This document shows positions 20,733 through 29,732 of a stretch of 64,000 nucleotides of DNA, one piece after another. Within the stretch, counting starts at the first letter, position 1. Every line of letters starts with the position of its first letter. Position numbers and translations under genes: made by a program. The DNA comes from a virus. The stretch lies in the IMG/VR virus record IMGVR_UViG_3300032753_000007, positions 1 to 64,000 of that record. The stretch is one strand, 5' to 3'. The notes beneath the pieces are model-generated. The model worked only from the letters and a program-made list of their open reading frames with translations, made no database searches and was not told where the DNA came from.

Positions 20733-22139
20733 ATGACAACACATACCGTAACATTATATACTGATGGCAGTACAGCGCCTAAAAACCCTGGCCCATCAGG
20801 CTATGGGTTTTATGCTGTATATGAAGATGGATCTGCTTATGATGGGTATGGTCCAATAGGAGAGTTAAAAACAAATAATGTAGCAGAATTATTAGCTGCT
20901 TTTCATGGCATTAGTTTTTTATTAACATTACCTGATATTAAAAAGATTATTGTTATTTCAGATAGTAGCTATTTTATTGATGGTACTAAAAGTTTAAATA
21001 AATGGAAATTAAAACAATGGAAAACGAGTACTGGAAAAGAGGTTGCTAATAAAGAAGAATGGATACTATTAGACAATCTATTTAGTACAGCTAAAAACAA
21101 TACTATTGAATTAGTCTTTAAATGGGTTAGAGGACATAATGGTAATGTAGGCAATACACGTGCTGATAATAATGCTAATCTAGGTAGAAAAGCAGTATTA
21201 GATAAAGCATTAGAACCTGTTATAATTTTTAATGAAGCCAGTGATAAATCGATTGCAATCATTACGGATACAGCTACTAAAAAAGCTAAAGCTAAAACAA
21301 TTACTGAATCGCGTATTAATCCATTAGTCAATGCGAATAAATGGATGTTTGATACTAATAGGAATTATTTTGATACTGCTACTGGCTATTATGTTTATAC
21401 TTTATCGTCTTATAAAGAGAGTGATAAATTAGCAGGTAAAAACATTGGTAAACCTAATCCTAATACACGCTATAGCATTGCCTTATTAAAAGAACCTATT
21501 AAAGAATTAGAAAAAATTAAAGTAATGTATAACAATGCTTTTGAAGGTGGTAATGTGCCTATTAGTGGTGATTTAGCTAAAATTACTCAAAGTAAAATTT
21601 GGGGTACATTAATGGATGATAATGCAATGACATTAAAAGGCAGAACGATTGTACATGAAAGTAGTACAGCATTATCTAAAATCATCTATCCACCTTTATT
21701 AGTATTTAGATTAGAAGAGATATTTACTAAAGGTATGCTATTATTAAGTAAAGCTTTCATTAGTAAAACAAATACAGATTCATTTATTGTTGATATTACT
21801 GATAAATTAATTGATGTATCTGATAAAGGAAAGCTTTCTGTTAAATCTAGCTATACTAACACAGCACGCATATTAGAAATTAATGACATTGCTATTAATG
21901 AGGCTATTCCTACATTTGATGTTAAGCTAATACCAGGCACTGATTTAATTACCCGTGGTGGATTATCCAATCTAATTAAGTATTATAAAACAGATATTAA
22001 ACTGTATTTGTTATTGACTGATTTAGTAATTAAAGATACACCTATTAAAAGTTACAATGTTGCCACTGTGATTGAAGCCGGTGGTGATAAAGCTATTTAC
22101 TATTCCGCAGACTCCAGTTATCGCATCATTAAACAATAG
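20733..22139 (+). CDS. rnhA: Ribonuclease HI with long C-terminal extension (phiKZ gp155-like)
   Basis: Motifs 'LYTDGS', 'TNNVAEL', 'ISDSSY', 'KWVRGHNGNVGNTRAD'. Confidence 0.9.
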   Translation: MTTHTVTLYTDGSTAPKNPGPSGYGFYAVYEDGSAYDGYGPIGELKTNNVAELLAAFHGISFLLTLPDIKKIIVISDSSYFIDGTKSLNKWKLKQWKTSTGKEVANKEEWILLDNLFSTAKNNTIELVFKWVRGHNGNVGNTRADNNANLGRKAVLDKALEPVIIFNEASDKSIAIITDTATKKAKAKTITESRINPLVNANKWMFDTNRNYFDTATGYYVYTLSSYKESDKLAGKNIGKPNPNTRYSIALLKEPIKELEKIKVMYNNAFEGGNVPISGDLAKITQSKIWGTLMDDNAMTLKGRTIVHESSTALSKIIYPPLLVFRLEEIFTKGMLLLSKAFISKTNTDSFIVDITDKLIDVSDKGKLSVKSSYTNTARILEINDIAINEAIPTFDVKLIPGTDLITRGGLSNLIKYYKTDIKLYLLLTDLVIKDTPIKSYNVATVIEAGGDKAIYYSADSSYRIIKQ

Positions 22140-22149
22140 GACGCACTTC

Positions 22150-23481
22150 ATGCTATATAATACCTTAACTATTGCAGCTTATGTTAATAATGCTGCCAAC
22201 ACTATTAGCCCTATTGGGGAATTTAGTGAAAAGTCATATACCTTTGCAACAGATACTATTCAAACGTTTGCTAGTGGCGTTACATTAACGACTTATGATT
22301 GTGATAGTGCAGATACGTATACTATTAATAATAGAGCAGCTGTATCTCAAGCAGTTGCTAATTTAATGCCAGCTGTTATTACTGCTATGACTACTGTGAC
22401 TACTGGTGGTGCATTAGCCATCATTAGTGCCGCGTTAGGTAATACAGCAAACAATGTAGTTACTAGCAGTATATTAGTCCCTATTAGTGTAACATCAAAT
22501 GGTACTACGACTACCATTGATTATCCTGAATACTTTAGTTTTTATTTATCAATAAACAGCAGTACTGTACCTGTTACTGTATTTTTAGCAGATGAAGCTT
22601 TTCAAAGAGATTATCCATTTGGCACTATTCAAATAATCTCGCCTATTAATTTACAAACTATCTTAAGTAATTATAGTGCTGCTGCCGCTACTGTAAGCGC
22701 TATGACACCTACTACATTATTGAGTTTAATTAATAGCACGGTTACTAATCCAGTAACTAAAATAGATGTTATTAATTTACAAGTTTACAATACTAATAAT
22801 CCATCACAATCATTTGATCTGCCATTAGCAGTAGCCTGTAATGGTGGTAATACGTATTGTACGATGTCAAATTACTTAATAACATTACAAAACTTATTAA
22901 CAAGTAATGGAAGCTATACGACACAACAATGGCAGGCCGTTATACCTGGCTTATTACCTAGTAATACCTATTGGATTATACCAAATTGGGCTAATGCAGC
23001 TATTAGCAATATTGCAGTAGGTTATCCCATTATCAATCCTACAATTCCTATTAATTTATATAATACAATAGCGACTAATTATTTAGCATGGTATCCATCA
23101 AGTGATATAGTCCCTAATATGTGCTATACCGTTGCTCAGTATAAGTCAATAGGTTTATTTATTGTGCCTGATACAGGAAATACAGATGGCATTATTAGTT
23201 GGTTAAGTAAATTCCCTGACTATTTCTTGGTAGCGAGTGGTTCACCAACGGCAGGACAAATGAGTGCACTGACATTAGAAACAGTAACCTTATTAAATGC
23301 TTTGTTAACTACTGCTGAACATTATTCAACAGGCACTGCACTTGCTACAGGCATTTCCTTAGTAATACAAGGCACTAATGCTAGTGGCAATACAACTCAT
23401 TACTTATCACAAAAAATTACTACAGCAGCAGGTACACCAGGCGACATTACATTAAACATTTTAGTTAGAGCGGATCAATGA
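22150..23481 (+). CDS. Probable virion structural protein (phiKZ gp157-like)
   Basis: ATG 22150 after an AGGA RBS; 'ISPIGEFSEKSYTF' and 'YWIIPNW' motifs; sits next to RNase H as in phiKZ-like phages. Confidence 0.55.
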   Translation: MLYNTLTIAAYVNNAANTISPIGEFSEKSYTFATDTIQTFASGVTLTTYDCDSADTYTINNRAAVSQAVANLMPAVITAMTTVTTGGALAIISAALGNTANNVVTSSILVPISVTSNGTTTTIDYPEYFSFYLSINSSTVPVTVFLADEAFQRDYPFGTIQIISPINLQTILSNYSAAAATVSAMTPTTLLSLINSTVTNPVTKIDVINLQVYNTNNPSQSFDLPLAVACNGGNTYCTMSNYLITLQNLLTSNGSYTTQQWQAVIPGLLPSNTYWIIPNWANAAISNIAVGYPIINPTIPINLYNTIATNYLAWYPSSDIVPNMCYTVAQYKSIGLFIVPDTGNTDGIISWLSKFPDYFLVASGSPTAGQMSALTLETVTLLNALLTTAEHYSTGTALATGISLVIQGTNASGNTTHYLSQKITTAAGTPGDITLNILVRADQ

Positions 23482-24083
23482 GTAATGTAGTAATAGCCAT
23501 TAATACCTATGGCATATTTACAGTAGCATCGCCCTTTACAATAGCCAGTGGTAATTATAGATGTGGATCAGTACAATTAATTAGCGCATTAGTATCCAGT
23601 GGTGTAGATGTTTATAATACCTATTATGCGCCTAATAGCATTAGCTCAGCAGCATTTAATACTGATCTAGCTAATGGGGTAACTATTGTTGTTTTGATTC
23701 CTGATAGTGGTGCTACAGTCAGTATTCCTAGTAGCTACATTACTAGTGCGCCTACTGACCTAGCAGTACCTTATAGTAAAATAGTATTATCTATTGATAT
23801 TGGTTTATTACCTGATAGTTTAGACTTAACACAATTAATGAATGACCTATCGGAGTTAGCACAAACAGAAATGGGTATCACTACAGCTACTGCTCAATTG
23901 CATAAAATTTCATCTAATTTAAATTACACGGTAGCAGAGAGTCAAGTATTGGAAGCTGCAAGATTAGCTAATATAGAAAGTTATGTATCAAACATTACAG
24001 CAAAGAATAATGCATTGACTGAACTAGTAGCGTGTAAACAAAAAGTACATGATTTAGAATTAGCATTAATAAATAAACCCTAA
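23478..24083 (+). CDS. Conserved phiKZ-like hypothetical protein
   Basis: 201 aa, ATGA overlap with the upstream gene, C-terminal coiled coil. Confidence 0.55.
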   Translation: MSNVVIAINTYGIFTVASPFTIASGNYRCGSVQLISALVSSGVDVYNTYYAPNSISSAAFNTDLANGVTIVVLIPDSGATVSIPSSYITSAPTDLAVPYSKIVLSIDIGLLPDSLDLTQLMNDLSELAQTEMGITTATAQLHKISSNLNYTVAESQVLEAARLANIESYVSNITAKNNALTELVACKQKVHDLELALINKP

Positions 24084-24089
24084 TAAATA

Positions 24090-24132
24090 AAATTCAAATA
24101 TTTTTCATATGGATATTGTGTTTATGAGTAAA
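24090..24132 (+). promoter_or_regulatory. Putative early (virion RNAP) promoter, copy 1
   Basis: AAATTCAAATATTTTTCATATGGATATTGTGTTTATGAGTAAA aligns without gaps to 33885-33927 and 37871-37913. Confidence 0.7.
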
Positions 24133-24169
24133 TAGCTTTACTCGTTTCTTTAGTACCTTAGGAGGTAAC

Positions 24170-24580
24170 TTGAATAAGAAACAAATCATTGAAACGCTAA
24201 AAGCGTTTCACGCCGAAACAAAAGTGTCAAGAGTAGAAATGCTCATTGGCGCTGGATCGGCGCTTTGTTTGTATGGTCTTAGGGAAGAGACCAGTGATAT
24301 TGACGGGGCTTTACCCCGTCACTGGTTTGAGAAATTCGTGAGGGAAGGGAAGCCTACTCACGAATTTAAAATTCATGGCACCAGCGTGCCAGTGTGTGAA
24401 TGGTCAGAGGTAATTGACCTGCACATCCTGGCTGCAGGAGCCTTAAATAAAACTAGTTGGGTTGAGGGCATTCAGGTGGAAACACTTGAGGGCATCTTGG
24501 CCCACAAAGAATCTATGAAACGTTCTAAGGATCAAGAGGACATTCGCAGAATCAAAGAGCGCCTAGGCATTAAGTCCTAG
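24170..24580 (+). CDS. Small Pol-beta superfamily nucleotidyltransferase (AbiEii/DUF6036-like)
   Basis: 'GAGSALCLYGLREETSDID' (GS...DxD) and C-terminal 'K...RSKDQED'; TTG start after AGGAGG. Confidence 0.75.
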   Translation: MNKKQIIETLKAFHAETKVSRVEMLIGAGSALCLYGLREETSDIDGALPRHWFEKFVREGKPTHEFKIHGTSVPVCEWSEVIDLHILAAGALNKTSWVEGIQVETLEGILAHKESMKRSKDQEDIRRIKERLGIKS

Positions 24581-24619
24581 GCTTTATTAACCTCTTAAAA
24601 GGAGGACTCTATACTACCT

Positions 24620-24715
24620 ATGAAGGTAGTAGGCCTGCTCATTACCTTTATAGGTATCTGGGCAGCAACAGGATTATTGGGCATCCTGTTGTTTATAGCA
24701 ACATTGCCCCAATAG
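24620..24715 (+). CDS. 31-aa hydrophobic membrane peptide
   Basis: GGAGG at 24601; MKVVGLLITFIGIWAATGLLGILLFIATLPQ*. Confidence 0.55.
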   Translation: MKVVGLLITFIGIWAATGLLGILLFIATLPQ

Positions 24716-24751
24716 GCACCATGACATGGATGTCGTGGATTTATTAATCAT

Positions 24752-24772
24752 TTCCACGATGAGTGGAAGGAG
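24752..24772 (+). promoter_or_regulatory. GAUGA-pentaloop hairpin abutting SD, copy 1
   Basis: ttccac-GATGA-gtggaa-ggag, ATG at 24779. Confidence 0.8.
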
Positions 24773-24778
24773 ATTCAG

Positions 24779-25153
24779 ATGAATCTTGTAAGGCGTACAA
24801 ACTTGGACAATGCTGTAAGGGGCATGTGTCCAAGACCTGTTCAGGATGAAGGGGTCTTTTTAGCTATGGATGGCATCAATGATTTACGTATACTGGGACA
24901 AAATCCCGTGTACGTAAAGTACGCCAACCTAGACCACCTACTTAAAGTAGGAAAGGTTTGGGTTGGCAAAGCTGGGGTAGATCCTGAATGGATGGAAATA
25001 AGATCTGTTAAGGATCTACCAAAATTTGCAGTATACGTCATCGAAGACTACGATGCGTGCGCTGCAAAAATCGATGCGGCACCTTACATGCCGCAGTTCT
25101 TCTTTACTCCTACCAATTTTAGAGGTAGGAAAACACTAAAAAGAATCCGCTGA
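24779..25153 (+). CDS. Hypothetical early protein
   Basis: 124-aa ORF with AAGGAG RBS; GC-richer, hairpin-dense CDS. Confidence 0.7.
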   Translation: MNLVRRTNLDNAVRGMCPRPVQDEGVFLAMDGINDLRILGQNPVYVKYANLDHLLKVGKVWVGKAGVDPEWMEIRSVKDLPKFAVYVIEDYDACAAKIDAAPYMPQFFFTPTNFRGRKTLKRIR

Positions 25154-25166
25154 TGAAGCGGAAGGA
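25146..25166 (+). promoter_or_regulatory. GAUGA-pentaloop hairpin abutting SD, copy 2
   Basis: tccgct-GATGA-agcgga-agga, ATG at 25173. Confidence 0.8.
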
Positions 25167-25172
25167 TGTAGT

Positions 25173-25330
25173 ATGAAAAAAAAAGATTATGGAGTCTTTT
25201 GGTCAGGGTGGAACAACACCCTGATCGGTATCCATCAGGATACCACGCCCGTGTAATGCGGGCGTTGGAATTACGCAGGAAGCGTGATTCCAAAATTTGG
25301 CTATGGAGAGCCAAAGCTGCTGAAGAGTAA
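25173..25330 (+). other. Small ORF interrupted at an A9 run (27 aa in frame; 52-aa Arg-rich peptide after a -1 slip), or a structured ncRNA
   Basis: ATG-A9-G. Frame 0 stops at 25256; the -1 frame is open to TAA at 25330, just before the terminator. Six consecutive hairpins cover the region. Confidence 0.45.
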
Positions 25331-25339
25331 AACTCTTTT

Positions 25340-25392
25340 ACTATAGACTGATCTATTAATAGATCAGTCTATAGTCAGCAGTATTTTTTTTT
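25340..25392 (+). terminator. Intrinsic terminator of cassette 1
   Basis: actatagactgatcta-ttaa-tagatcagtctatagt followed by cagcagta and T9. Confidence 0.85.
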
Positions 25393-25396
25393 GTAT

Positions 25397-25435
25397 TTAA
25401 AAAATATTTAATACATACATTATTTAAATGAAATA
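25397..25435 (+). promoter_or_regulatory. Weaker copy of the early promoter motif
   Basis: TATTTAATACATACATTATTTAAATGA keeps the spacing of the TTT..ATAT..ATAT.....ATGA consensus. Confidence 0.4.
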
Positions 25436-25468
25436 ACATCATTAATAACTATTGAGGGTAAAAAATGA

Positions 25469-25690
25469 ATGAGGCTTAAGTTTATATGTGGTAGAATTGC
25501 TTTACATATGTGCGATGAAAGAATATGTATATATATTGGCTGGTGTACTGGCTTTTATATATTAAATAAAAGAGGAAATTATATAATCCAAGGAAGGATA
25601 TGGCATGGAGATTTCTTTCCTGTCTATGTAGATTTTAGTTTTTACGATTATTATCGAGAATACTGCTTTTTTCGTTTTCTTGAAAAATAA
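25469..25690 (+). CDS. Hypothetical protein (aromatic-rich)
   Basis: 73-aa ORF with GAGGG RBS. Confidence 0.5.
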   Translation: MRLKFICGRIALHMCDERICIYIGWCTGFYILNKRGNYIIQGRIWHGDFFPVYVDFSFYDYYREYCFFRFLEK

Positions 25691-25713
25691 CATTTTTATG
25701 AAAGGAGTAATAA

Positions 25714-26415
25714 ATGAGCGATACATTTTCAGCAGGCACATTTTCACCAGCATTACCGATTAATGCTGTTAGTGAATTTGAAATTAAATTACTACAATTA
25801 TTTGGTATTGAAGTAAAGATTAACAATGATAGCATTACTGATGCTTTTTACTTTTATGTACCAGATGGGTTTAAATCCTTGTATCTAGACGACATTAATA
25901 TTGAATATTGCTGTAGCAATCTAGTAAACAACTATGCTAACTTAAATGATCCTTTAGCATTACGTTTGCTAGAAACAGCAAATAAGCTAAAACATAAAGG
26001 ACATACGATAGCTTCAATTATTTCTGCATTTAGTAATTGGACAGCTATTTTTCAAAAAATACTAAATAAGCCACCTTGTAAAGATATAGACTACATTAGT
26101 TGTAGTGGCAGCTACTGGTCTAATAAGTATTTACCTGATGAATTTGGTGGCATATATTACGTTATCACAAAAACAGGGTATCAGGAAATATATGGAAGAG
26201 AGGTTATTGATGAGTTACTAGAAAGAGAACAAAGAAAGAAAGATTTAATTACTGTAGTTACTTTCATGGAAAAATTATCCATAGTAGATAAAGAGTTAGA
26301 CAACACATTGTATCGATTAAAAGAACACATAGGCGATTGCTGTGAATTTTCCGACGGCTATTCAATAGAAGAGTTACCAGGTCTTTTTCAACCAACTGAG
26401 GAATTAAATGTTTAA
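25714..26415 (+). CDS. Hypothetical protein
   Basis: 233 aa, AAGGAG RBS; motif 'DEFGGIYYVIT'. Confidence 0.65.
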   Translation: MSDTFSAGTFSPALPINAVSEFEIKLLQLFGIEVKINNDSITDAFYFYVPDGFKSLYLDDINIEYCCSNLVNNYANLNDPLALRLLETANKLKHKGHTIASIISAFSNWTAIFQKILNKPPCKDIDYISCSGSYWSNKYLPDEFGGIYYVITKTGYQEIYGREVIDELLEREQRKKDLITVVTFMEKLSIVDKELDNTLYRLKEHIGDCCEFSDGYSIEELPGLFQPTEELNV

Positions 26416-27136
26416 ATTATATATTAAAGATATTGATCTTATAGTTTATGCGGATAGATTAAGTACTATCCTAAATGTAGTTGAACTAGCACGAGTACAT
26501 ACCGACGTTACAGCTACGTCAATTGAAAGGGTAGAAAAACTGCCATACTTTAATACGGTTATTAAATATACCACACCTGGCAGACTCGACAATTACATAA
26601 ATATATTTAATGAGTTATGCAAAACGCATACTTTGTTTATAATGGCTGTAGTTAAAGATGGCGTATACAATGATGCGCTCTATTACGCAGATAAAGAAAA
26701 AAGCAATTCTATACCGGATAAAGATGCTGAAGATGCTTTATACGAAACACTTAAAAAACTAGATGATTTACAAAAAGCAGTAATTGAAACGTTTTACTAC
26801 ATAGGTAAAAAGGAAACAAACGCCGTAGATGGTATATTTCATATTTTTGAAAAAATAGAAAATTTGAAAACCACAATAAAATTGATAAAAGAATGTGGAT
26901 CTGATAACTTGGTAAGACTAGATCCTTTAAATGAATCTGAAAATCAAAATAAATGCACTAAAGATAATAATAGATGGAATCGGGCTGCGCCGACATCATT
27001 AGGTAGTTATTTAGCTAGGTGCTCATGCAATATCCCAAGAGACTTTATTTCAATAGATGAGCAGCGTTTAAATCAGATAATTGCCAAAGCAGTTTCTGAG
27101 TCTATTCGGGTATTACAACCGTATAAACGTAATTAA
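26408..27136 (+). CDS. Hypothetical protein
   Basis: 242 aa, GAGGA RBS, overlaps the upstream stop. Confidence 0.65.
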   Translation: MFKLYIKDIDLIVYADRLSTILNVVELARVHTDVTATSIERVEKLPYFNTVIKYTTPGRLDNYINIFNELCKTHTLFIMAVVKDGVYNDALYYADKEKSNSIPDKDAEDALYETLKKLDDLQKAVIETFYYIGKKETNAVDGIFHIFEKIENLKTTIKLIKECGSDNLVRLDPLNESENQNKCTKDNNRWNRAAPTSLGSYLARCSCNIPRDFISIDEQRLNQIIAKAVSESIRVLQPYKRN

Positions 27137-27161
27137 TCTAATTTAGTACTTTATCTTTTAC

Positions 27162-27191
27162 CATACACATGCATTTAAATGCATGTGTATG
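27162..27191. repeat. Perfect intergenic palindrome
   Basis: catacacatgcat-ttaa-atgcatgtgtatg, no U-tract. Confidence 0.7.
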
Positions 27192-27221
27192 AACTTACCC
27201 TTACCACAATAGGAAAAAACA

Positions 27222-27917
27222 ATGGCTGCTAAAAAATCTACTAAAACCGAATATAACTTTGATGAAAAAAATGAAATAAAACCAACATTTAATGATCTAA
27301 TGAATAATTGGAATAATTATTTATATCATCAATATCATGCACATAATGCTTATAGGCAGCAGCAAGAGCCCGTCACCCCATTAACTGCAAGCGTACAAAA
27401 TTCACCTTGGTATACACCAAATCACCCACAAGCATTTTATAGCATTAATGTGCCATTTGGCAACGTTACTATTAAAGATGTTATTGCTGGCATAACCTTT
27501 AAAGTTAACTCAATTGATGAGCGCATAGTTTTAAATACGCAGTTTCCTGAAAATAGCATTATCTATAAGATACTGTACTATTCACCACGATCACTCATTG
27601 ATAAGGGATGGAAAACAGGGGATATTAATTATATATCAGATAGCGATATAGTTAAGTGCTTCAAAAAACTAGAAACTGAAGCTATAGTAAATGTAGAAAA
27701 TTGGATATATGAATGTGAAGAATATGGTAAGCTTATAAGTCATTTTTACTATTGTGTAAAAAGAGAATACGCAAAAAGATATTTAAATGACATAGTATTG
27801 CCACATGCCTTTGAGTTTGAATTGCAGTATCCAATAATCAAAGAATATGTAGCAAAGTGCCTAACACTATACATGGATGAATACTTTGATAAGTTAAAAG
27901 ATTCTGTAAAAGAATAA
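27222..27917 (+). CDS. Hypothetical protein
   Basis: 231 aa, AGGA RBS. Confidence 0.65.
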   Translation: MAAKKSTKTEYNFDEKNEIKPTFNDLMNNWNNYLYHQYHAHNAYRQQQEPVTPLTASVQNSPWYTPNHPQAFYSINVPFGNVTIKDVIAGITFKVNSIDERIVLNTQFPENSIIYKILYYSPRSLIDKGWKTGDINYISDSDIVKCFKKLETEAIVNVENWIYECEEYGKLISHFYYCVKREYAKRYLNDIVLPHAFEFELQYPIIKEYVAKCLTLYMDEYFDKLKDSVKE

Positions 27918-27982
27918 TCATTAATACTGTTGTATGTAGTAACCTAAATAAACTTTTACCACAATCAATTAAGGAAAAAATA

Positions 27983-29635
27983 ATGAACAATATTGCTAAT
28001 ACACAACCACTGTATATTGTTAAAACTAACTCACTCACAAATCTTTTTGTAGGTCAAGATAGCGTGCAACATGCGCTTGAGGTACATAGAAGGATGTCTT
28101 ATGTTGTCAATGAATTTAGTATTGACATTTATGATTCACTATCTGACCCACGTAAAACCATGCTTTTGGCATCAGAGAAGATTCACAATGACCATATTTT
28201 AGGTGATTCTTTTAACATTTATTGTAGTGAATTAGTTGATCCATTATCAAGAAATAATAAATGTATTTACATATATGTTAAAAAGGATTTAAAAGAAGAT
28301 GATTTAAGTGAGCTGTATAAAATCCATGATAAAAATACCATATATGGGTATATTCATGGCTATGCTAATGCTTTAAAATTAAAAAATGATATATTAAAAG
28401 TATTATCTAATCATGCTAATGATATATCATTAACAAAAAAAATATTATCTAATTTTGCTGAAGAACCAGAAGAATCTATTAAAGTTTTATTAGACGTACC
28501 TCATATTGAATATGATAAAAATGTTTATAATGGGTTAATACCTTTAATTGACTATACAGACGACATTAGTATTATGGATTATGACCTTTATAAAACATAT
28601 AAATATGTTATTTATACTAATGAATATAATCATAAAATATTTGTTCCAGAAAAAGATATAAAAGAGTTTAAAGAATGGTTAGAGTCAAAAACATTAATTG
28701 AGTGTAGAGATGAGATTAACTCTTTAGAGCATAACTTTTGTACTACATATGGTAATAATAAGTATGATAATGCGTTAAAAAAGGATAATATGTCTACTTT
28801 ATATTTACTATCAGGAGAGTTTTTTGGATATGTTCATGGATATGATAATGCAATAAAGGTAAGAAACATTGTAGCAAGCATTTTAAATATAAGTAAAGAC
28901 TTAATCAATGTTACTGAATTTAAATGTGAGGAAAGTGTTAATATTTATAAAGAATCACTAAAAGTATCTGAAAATGGATTAATTGAAGGGCATACATTAC
29001 ATACCTTGATGAAAAAGCATAACTATAGTATCTACACAACTGATAGTATGCGCCCCATAATTATCCCATCAGAAGATGTAGAATGTTTTGATAAGTGGCT
29101 AATGTCAGACTCTAAGTCTGATCGTGGTGCCACACCATCTTTTGCTATAATGGATGAAACTAAAAACAATCTATTAACTAAAAACATTAGAGATAGAGCA
29201 ACTTATGTTGAACGCGGTTTAACATCAATAACTTATACGCAGGTATTTACTGGCTATGTCATTGCTGAATATCATGATGATAATGACGATAACTCTCATG
29301 TAACGCGTATATTAGTAAAAGAAGACGCATTTAGTTGGAATAAAGAACCATCGTCAGAGGAATGCTACATAGTCATTCAAGATCACTATGTTAACGGGAA
29401 TCTTAGCAGCCGAAAAGCAGCAGAGCTTGATGCACGCGATGTGCCTATGTTAGTAGGTTACTTTAGTCTAAAAAAGGCATACCAAGCAGGAATAAAACTG
29501 AATGCAAATGAAGATGTATTTGATAAATCCAATAAAGAAAAAGAACTTGCTGAACTACGTAAAACCATCCATGATATAGAAAGATGGTTAATTGACAGTG
29601 ATATTGAGTTCGTAATTGATGATCTAATTAGTTAA
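27983..29635 (+). CDS. Hypothetical protein with internal duplication
   Basis: 550 aa; repeated 'GY(I/V)HGYxNA(L/I)K...YxIYT...IxxPxxDxxxFxxWLxS'. Confidence 0.65.
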   Translation: MNNIANTQPLYIVKTNSLTNLFVGQDSVQHALEVHRRMSYVVNEFSIDIYDSLSDPRKTMLLASEKIHNDHILGDSFNIYCSELVDPLSRNNKCIYIYVKKDLKEDDLSELYKIHDKNTIYGYIHGYANALKLKNDILKVLSNHANDISLTKKILSNFAEEPEESIKVLLDVPHIEYDKNVYNGLIPLIDYTDDISIMDYDLYKTYKYVIYTNEYNHKIFVPEKDIKEFKEWLESKTLIECRDEINSLEHNFCTTYGNNKYDNALKKDNMSTLYLLSGEFFGYVHGYDNAIKVRNIVASILNISKDLINVTEFKCEESVNIYKESLKVSENGLIEGHTLHTLMKKHNYSIYTTDSMRPIIIPSEDVECFDKWLMSDSKSDRGATPSFAIMDETKNNLLTKNIRDRATYVERGLTSITYTQVFTGYVIAEYHDDNDDNSHVTRILVKEDAFSWNKEPSSEECYIVIQDHYVNGNLSSRKAAELDARDVPMLVGYFSLKKAYQAGIKLNANEDVFDKSNKEKELAELRKTIHDIERWLIDSDIEFVIDDLIS

Positions 29636-29645
29636 ACGACTATAC

Positions 29646-29690
29646 GTACTCTAGACTGGGATATATCCCAGTCTAGAGTACTGTTTTTTT
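29646..29690 (+). terminator. Intrinsic terminator
   Basis: gtactctagactggga-tata-tcccagtctagagtac followed by tgT7. Confidence 0.85.
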
Positions 29691-29732
29691 GGTTAATTAT
29701 ACCCATCATACTATGTCACTTTAGGAGATAGT

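Noticed and set aside
25146-25392. tRNA, tmRNA or CRISPR array interpretation of the hairpin chain
   Set aside because: No T-loop/D-loop consensus, no cloverleaf closure and no repeated sequence unit.
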